From: a virus | IMG/VR virus record: IMGVR_UViG_3300022555_000024 | Span: 1 to 64,000 of that record | Length of the DNA: 64,000 bases | Reading direction: 5' to 3' (one strand) | Shown here: positions 58,937-64,000 of the stretch, piece by piece | How positions within the stretch are numbered: the first letter of the stretch is position 1 | How the letters are laid out: the number at the start of each line of letters is the position of its first letter | Made by a program: the position numbers and the translations under genes | Notes under the pieces: model-generated | The model's input: only the letters and a program-made list of their open reading frames with translations | What the model was told of the DNA's origin: nothing | Databases searched by the model: none

Positions 58937-60057
58937 TGAAATCATTCAAGACATACATAACGGAGAAGAAGGACCATCTTATAGATAAGCTAGCGATTAC
59001 CGATCACCAGAAGAAGGAATTGAAGTCGTTTTTTGCAAAGAAGCCAAACCTAGAGAACAAGATTGACTGGCAAAAGAAGGGCCTGGCATTTGCCGATTTT
59101 GCAGATGTCATGGCCACGACGAAGACCGAAAGAACTAGGATGGTAAAGAAGCAGGGTATTGCCGGGCTCAAAGATGGCAAGGATTATCTTGAATTGAAGT
59201 CACCTGCAGATTTTCCATTCCATGCCTACATCCCACTTACCTGGGAAGCTAGCAAACTAATCGCATCAAACAAGATAGGTAACGGAACAGCCAAGTGGTG
59301 CACAGCACACCACAGCTTATATAAACATTGGTATGAATATGCCGAGAATTTTCGTGTTCTCATTTATCTCATAGGAAAAGATACCAAAATAGCAATGGTA
59401 CTAGATGGTAATTATATAGATGATGTTTATGATATAGAAGACAATATCACCACGGTTAAACCAGAATACCATACCCTAGTGGATATCAACAAATCTTTAA
59501 TAAATAAAGCCAGGGGTATTATAGAGAAAGGTTTAAAGGACAGAGTTTGGGATGGAGGCACGTGGCTAGGCGGCACTTGGACTGGTAGATTATGGAAAGA
59601 TGGAACATGGTATCGCGGAACCTGGGAAGCCGGAATTTGGAAAGATGGAATTTGGAAAGACGGAATTTGGAAAGACGGAATTTGGAAAGATGGAACATGG
59701 GAAGCCGGCCTCTGGGAACGCGGAGATTGGTTGGGTGGAACTTGGAAAGGCGGAGTCTGGGAAGATGGTGTTTGGGCCAGAGGTAGATGGGAAAGTGGTA
59801 TTTGGCGAGGCGGCACTTGGGAAGACGGTCATTGGTATAGTGGCACTTGGATTAGTGGCACTTGGTTGGACGGCACTTGGGACGGCGGAACCTGGCGAAA
59901 TGGCAACTGGAAAGGAGGTGATTGGTGGGACGGCACTTGGGAACGCGGTACCTGGAGAGGTGGCACTTGGTTAGGCGGCACCTGGTATGGTGGTTATGAC
60001 ATAGATGGCAATTATCATGTAGCGGGCGATTCACCAGATAAATGGAAACTAAAATGA
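58936..60057 (+). CDS. KWCT-domain plus Trp/Gly pentapeptide-repeat protein (paralogue 2)
   Basis: N-terminal ~210 aa nearly identical to 56030; repeat region rearranged. Confidence 0.8.
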   Translation: MKSFKTYITEKKDHLIDKLAITDHQKKELKSFFAKKPNLENKIDWQKKGLAFADFADVMATTKTERTRMVKKQGIAGLKDGKDYLELKSPADFPFHAYIPLTWEASKLIASNKIGNGTAKWCTAHHSLYKHWYEYAENFRVLIYLIGKDTKIAMVLDGNYIDDVYDIEDNITTVKPEYHTLVDINKSLINKARGIIEKGLKDRVWDGGTWLGGTWTGRLWKDGTWYRGTWEAGIWKDGIWKDGIWKDGIWKDGTWEAGLWERGDWLGGTWKGGVWEDGVWARGRWESGIWRGGTWEDGHWYSGTWISGTWLDGTWDGGTWRNGNWKGGDWWDGTWERGTWRGGTWLGGTWYGGYDIDGNYHVAGDSPDKWKLK

Positions 60058-61031
60058 AATCATTCAAGACGTGCATAACGGAGAAGAAGGATCACCTGAT
60101 AGATAAATTGAAAATGACTGATTTTGAAAAAGCACAATTAAAAGACTTTTTCAAAAGGAAACCAAACCTAGAAAACAAGATTGACTGGCAAAAGAAAGAT
60201 CTGGCCTTTAAGGATTTTGCGGATGTCATGTCCACAACGAAGACCGAAAGAACCAGGGCAGTCAGGAAGTCTGGCATCACAGGTCTCAAGAAAGGCATAG
60301 ACTATCTAGAGGTCAAAACTCCAGCAGATTCGCCGTTCCAGGCCTACATCCCACTTACCTGGAAGCTAGCAAACTAATTGCATCCAACAAGATAGGACCC
60401 TGTACAGGTGAATGGTGCATATCTCATCATAGTGAAAACAATGATTGGAATGTATATACAAAAGAAGGAGATGTATTTATTATGCTTATAGGACAAAGAA
60501 CAAAATTAGCAATAAAAATAAATAAAAAAGATGTATTTCATGTCTGGGATAGTGATGATAATCACTTAATTAAACATAATAGAGTTTGGGACTCAAACAT
60601 ATTTGGTGATAGTGCTGGTCATCATTTAGATATAGATAAATTAATATCGGATAATAAGAATATTATAGATAATGCAAGAAAAATTGTAACACCTCAGATT
60701 AGAACAACTCCGATAAGAATTACACCTTATTTTGAGATATAACGAAGATAGTACTATCAATGAAGTAGATTATCCACGTGCAATAGAAGAATGTATAGAT
60801 CTCGGCTTGGGTTGGAGATTACCTACATATGATGAACTTAATAAATTGCGTTTGATATATCAAAATACCGATATTGTTGATAATTTTGATTTGCATCCAT
60901 ATGGTTTGTATTGGTCTTCGTCTTATGATAATAAAAGACAATCTGTTAGATGTATTATAATGCGGGGTGTAGTTGAATGGTCTAATATAACAATGGGTTT
61001 AGCTAGAGTAAGAGCAGTAAGAAGTGTCTAA
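60054..61031 (+). pseudogene. KWCT-family paralogue 3 with a C-terminal DUF1566/Lcl-like domain, broken into three ORFs
   Basis: ACCTGGAAG at ~60360 versus ACCTGGGAAG in paralogues; the shifted frame reads EASKLIASNKIGPCTGEWCISHH into 60482-60742; 60732-61031 has GWRLPTYDEL, YWSSS, VRAVR. Confidence 0.65.
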
Positions 61032-61059
61032 ATCACTAATTTTTTGTTATATTTTTATT

Positions 61060-62103
61060 ATGAATTACATTGATCAAAAATTTATTTCTACTCTATCTTC
61101 ACGTTTAGAAGGATTTCATAGAGTTGGCGCGAATGTGAATTTTCGATGTCCAGTATGTGGGGACTCAAAGGAAAATAAATCAAAACGAAGAGGTTGGCTT
61201 CTAGCAGGAAAATCTCATCCCGTATTTTTCTGTCATAATTGCCCAGTATCTATGTCTTTTAGCAACTTTATAAAATTTATAGATCCAACTCTTTATAGGG
61301 AATATATTTTTGAGCTTATGCAGGAGAAAAATCAATCTTCTCCAGAAAAAACAGTACAAAAAGTAAAGGTAGAAATAGAAGAAATACCAGAAGTAAATGA
61401 TTATATAAAAGATTTTTTAGATGCATTTACACCAATTTTATCTTTACAAGAAGATCATCCAGCAAGAACGTATCTTCTTGATAGAAAAATACCAGAAGAT
61501 AAACTAAAATATTTATATTTTGCAGAAAATATGCAAGATGTACATAAGATTGATAAATTAGGGAAGTATAAAAAAAGAATCTTAGATAAAGATTCTAGAA
61601 TTATTCTTCCAATATGGGGTAAAAATTCTCTTATAGGAATATCATGTAGATCATTAGATCCTTGTTCTTCAAAAAGATATCTAATCTATAAGTTTGAGGA
61701 AGAAATGCCTCTTGTTTTCGGACTTTATGATATTAATGGGAACTTGATAATAGATCCAAAGAAACCTATTATTGTAGTGGAAGGAGCTATAGATTCTCTT
61801 TTTCTAGACAATGGTATTTCTGTAAATGGGGCGGACTTAAAGAGAGTTATGAAAATGCTTTCGGGTTTGCAATTAATTTTTAGTCCAGATAATGAACCCC
61901 GCAATAAACAAATTTGTAAAGTGTATAAGCAAATAATTCAATCTAATAACAATATTGTCATTTTTCCAGATTTTATAGAACAGAAGGACATTAATGATAT
62001 GGTAAAGAATATGGGACTTGATAAAGTAAAAGAATTGATAAATAGTAGTATATATAAAGGACCTGCAAGTATGTTAAGGTTCAATTCATGGAAGAAATGT
62101 TAA
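61060..62103 (+). CDS. gp61: DNA primase gp61
   Basis: NFRCPVCGDS, CHNC, VEGAIDSLFL, DNEPRN, KDINDM. Confidence 0.95.
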   Translation: MNYIDQKFISTLSSRLEGFHRVGANVNFRCPVCGDSKENKSKRRGWLLAGKSHPVFFCHNCPVSMSFSNFIKFIDPTLYREYIFELMQEKNQSSPEKTVQKVKVEIEEIPEVNDYIKDFLDAFTPILSLQEDHPARTYLLDRKIPEDKLKYLYFAENMQDVHKIDKLGKYKKRILDKDSRIILPIWGKNSLIGISCRSLDPCSSKRYLIYKFEEEMPLVFGLYDINGNLIIDPKKPIIVVEGAIDSLFLDNGISVNGADLKRVMKMLSGLQLIFSPDNEPRNKQICKVYKQIIQSNNNIVIFPDFIEQKDINDMVKNMGLDKVKELINSSIYKGPASMLRFNSWKKC

Positions 62104-62113
62104 TAACATAAAA

Positions 62114-62332
62114 ATGTCAATAATAACACCACCCGAAGAACAACAAATTAGGATGCAGATTTGTAAAACCTGTTCTAATTTTAATCCAATAGGCAAGCGA
62201 TGTAAACTTTGCGGATGTATAATGCCAGTAAAAAGTAGATTGGCTTCAGCTACATGCAAAATAGGTCTTTGGAAAAATCCTGAAGTAGTAGAAAATGCGA
62301 AGGAAAGTATAAAAAGAGATTATATGGGTTAA
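62114..62332 (+). CDS. Small Cys-rich protein (DUF6171-like)
   Basis: RMQICKTC...CKLCGC...K...CKIGLW. Confidence 0.7.
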   Translation: MSIITPPEEQQIRMQICKTCSNFNPIGKRCKLCGCIMPVKSRLASATCKIGLWKNPEVVENAKESIKRDYMG

Positions 62333-62859
62333 GTACATCTTGCTATAAAGAATGCATCTATCAAATCAGAGTAAGGAGACTTCCCGATTTTATTTTCTTT
62401 GGGAACTAATTTAATTTTAGTTTGTTCTTCAAATGCCGTATTCATAATGATTTTGTTAGCGTTTCCTTTACCAGAAGCAAATTTTTTTATAGTGCCAGGT
62501 GATAGTATATTATATTCTATATGATTTTTATGTAACAAATACTTTAAGATTCCAGTATGTTCTGCTATAGTGAAAACTCTACCAGATGCAGCAAACGCAT
62601 ACCCTTCTAAATTTACACTTTTAATATTATATTCAATCAGTTTATTAATAAAAAACATAGCAATAGTTTCAAATCTTGTTATATCTGTTTCATAATCTAT
62701 TGGAAGTTCCTCTACAGTTATATTTGAAAATGTTCTAAGATGATCAGAATCTTTTGATTCCTTTGTCATAGTAAAGAGTTTACATTCTTCAAAAGAACCA
62801 TTACCAATACATAATGCCGGTCCACTTATTGAATAATCAATTCCTGCAGAAATATACAT
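62329..62859 (-). CDS. RuvC-like Holliday junction resolvase
   Basis: GIDYS, LEGYAF, IAEHTGILK, KKFASGKGNA.K, DLIDA; minus-strand TATAAATA at 62880-62887. Confidence 0.85.
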   Translation of the reverse strand: MYISAGIDYSISGPALCIGNGSFEECKLFTMTKESKDSDHLRTFSNITVEELPIDYETDITRFETIAMFFINKLIEYNIKSVNLEGYAFAASGRVFTIAEHTGILKYLLHKNHIEYNILSPGTIKKFASGKGNANKIIMNTAFEEQTKIKLVPKENKIGKSPYSDLIDAFFIARCT

Positions 62860-62902
62860 AAATATTTTTAATTTTTTATTATTTATAACAAAAATCAATA
62901 TT

Positions 62903-63313
62903 ATGTTCGAAGAACCAGCAAAATTTAAACTAGTATATGAAGTTCCCAGTGTAGAAAGCATATATTCATTTATAGTTAAAACTTCTTCTTATAATGTATA
63001 TTTCAAACATATAGGGAATAATGTATATACTTCTAATTTTTTATTATATAGTCATAATGGTGAAATATTGATTACTATGGATAAGATAGATGTCGGCTTA
63101 GATGTTTCTATAGTTGTGTTTATAACATTCATAAATATAATGAAAGATTTTGCTTCTAGAATAAACCCTAGCGCAATAGAATTTAGAGCAAATGATGCAG
63201 ATAGTGAGAAACGAGCGTCTTTATATAAAACATTAACAAAGAAATTTATACCAGATGAGTATGAATTTTCTACAGTTTACATAATAACACCAAAAAATAA
63301 AATACATGAATAA
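62903..63313 (+). CDS. Hypothetical protein
   Basis: ORF track. Confidence 0.5.
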   Translation: MFEEPAKFKLVYEVPSVESIYSFIVKTSSYNVYFKHIGNNVYTSNFLLYSHNGEILITMDKIDVGLDVSIVVFITFINIMKDFASRINPSAIEFRANDADSEKRASLYKTLTKKFIPDEYEFSTVYIITPKNKIHE

Positions 63314-64000
63314 GTTATCAAAAAATGAAGTCAATGCAACAGCAAGAGGCGGTTCTGAGTTACAAGCAGAGTATTTACAAAAATATGTTGCAAAAGAACT
63401 TCTAGATCAATTTCAAATAATAATAACAAGAGTTAGAGAACTCGAAGACAAACCACGTTTACTCTGGTGTAAGGAAGTTGTTTCTGAACCAGAATCTCAG
63501 AGGTTAAAAGAACCTGCATTCCGTGATAATTTTAGATATATCATACACAATTCTGATTATCAGAGAAATCAGTTTAGAGATTATCTTGGAGTTCCATTTG
63601 AAAAATCACACGTCTTGAAAAATGCAATAGAACCATCGAATATAGACATTTCTAAAAAATTTTTTCCAGAGAAGGTAAAACTTATTTATTCTTCTACTCC
63701 ACAAAGGGGCCTTAATATTTTATATTCTGTTTTTGACGAGCTTTATAAGGATGACAAAAACATAGAACTAAATGTGTATTCTTCTTTTGATATCTATGGT
63801 CATCATGAAAGAAATAAACCATTTTTGCCACTGTTTGATCAATGTAAATCTCATCCAGGGATAAATTATTATGGTTCAGTTTCTCATGAAGAATTGAAAG
63901 ATGCTACAAAAGAAAATCACATTTTAGCATACCCTTCAATCTGGGAAGAAAGTAGTTGCACTACTATCATGGAAAACATGAGTGCAGGAAATCTTATAGT
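63306..64000 (+). CDS. Glycosyltransferase (GT4/GT-B), partial
   Basis: Open to the window end: ARGGSEL, IYSSTPQRGL, YPSIWEESSC. Confidence 0.8.
   Translation, partial: MNKLSKNEVNATARGGSELQAEYLQKYVAKELLDQFQIIITRVRELEDKPRLLWCKEVVSEPESQRLKEPAFRDNFRYIIHNSDYQRNQFRDYLGVPFEKSHVLKNAIEPSNIDISKKFFPEKVKLIYSSTPQRGLNILYSVFDELYKDDKNIELNVYSSFDIYGHHERNKPFLPLFDQCKSHPGINYYGSVSHEELKDATKENHILAYPSIWEESSCTTIMENMSAGNLI

Noticed and set aside
56521-60076. Many overlapping ORFs in other frames, and a possible CRISPR-like array
   Set aside because: Same shadow effect; the repeats are contiguous degenerate codons with no repeat-spacer structure and no cas genes.
60732-61031. DUF1566 domain as a diversity-generating retroelement target
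   Set aside because: No template repeat or reverse transcriptase is visible in this window, so it cannot be supported here.
1-64000. Alternative genetic code (stop-codon recoding)
   Set aside because: Core genes are full length under the standard code and end at TAA, TAG or TGA; the breaks seen are frameshifts, not in-frame stops.

Overview
64 kb of a large, AT-rich T4-like (Tevenvirinae/Kyanoviridae-like architecture) myophage genome, almost entirely on the + strand. Gene order: right end of an IS21-family element interrupting a tail-fibre gene; neck/tail/packaging/head block (gp13, gp14, two tandem gp15, gp16, HNH, gp17, gp18, gp19, gp20 with a mini-intein, gp21 with a long N-terminal extension, about ten accessory head proteins, gp22, gp23, gp3); an ~870-nt structured intergenic region; uvsY, uvsW, ribosomal protein bS21, gp55, two ORFs resembling major-capsid fragments, gp47/gp46; an accessory region (thyX, HNH-RNA ligase, Thg1-like, second RNA ligase); gp45/44/62, regA, Hsp20, split gp43; a tmRNA followed 6 nt later by a 145-nt tmRNA-like RNA; uvsX, gp41; a late cluster of proteins with capsid-targeting-like N-termini and Trp/Gly pentapeptide repeats; gp61, RuvC-like nuclease, and a partial glycosyltransferase. 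Most interesting candidates: (1) the mini tmRNA-like RNA next to the full tmRNA; (2) a modular family of about 15 putative capsid-packaged proteins with shuffled domains and shared DNA junction cassettes; (3) the large structured non-coding region before uvsY; (4) capsid-protein fragment genes. All family assignments come from motif recognition by eye; no database searches were run. The host is uncertain, with weak hints of Bacteroidota.
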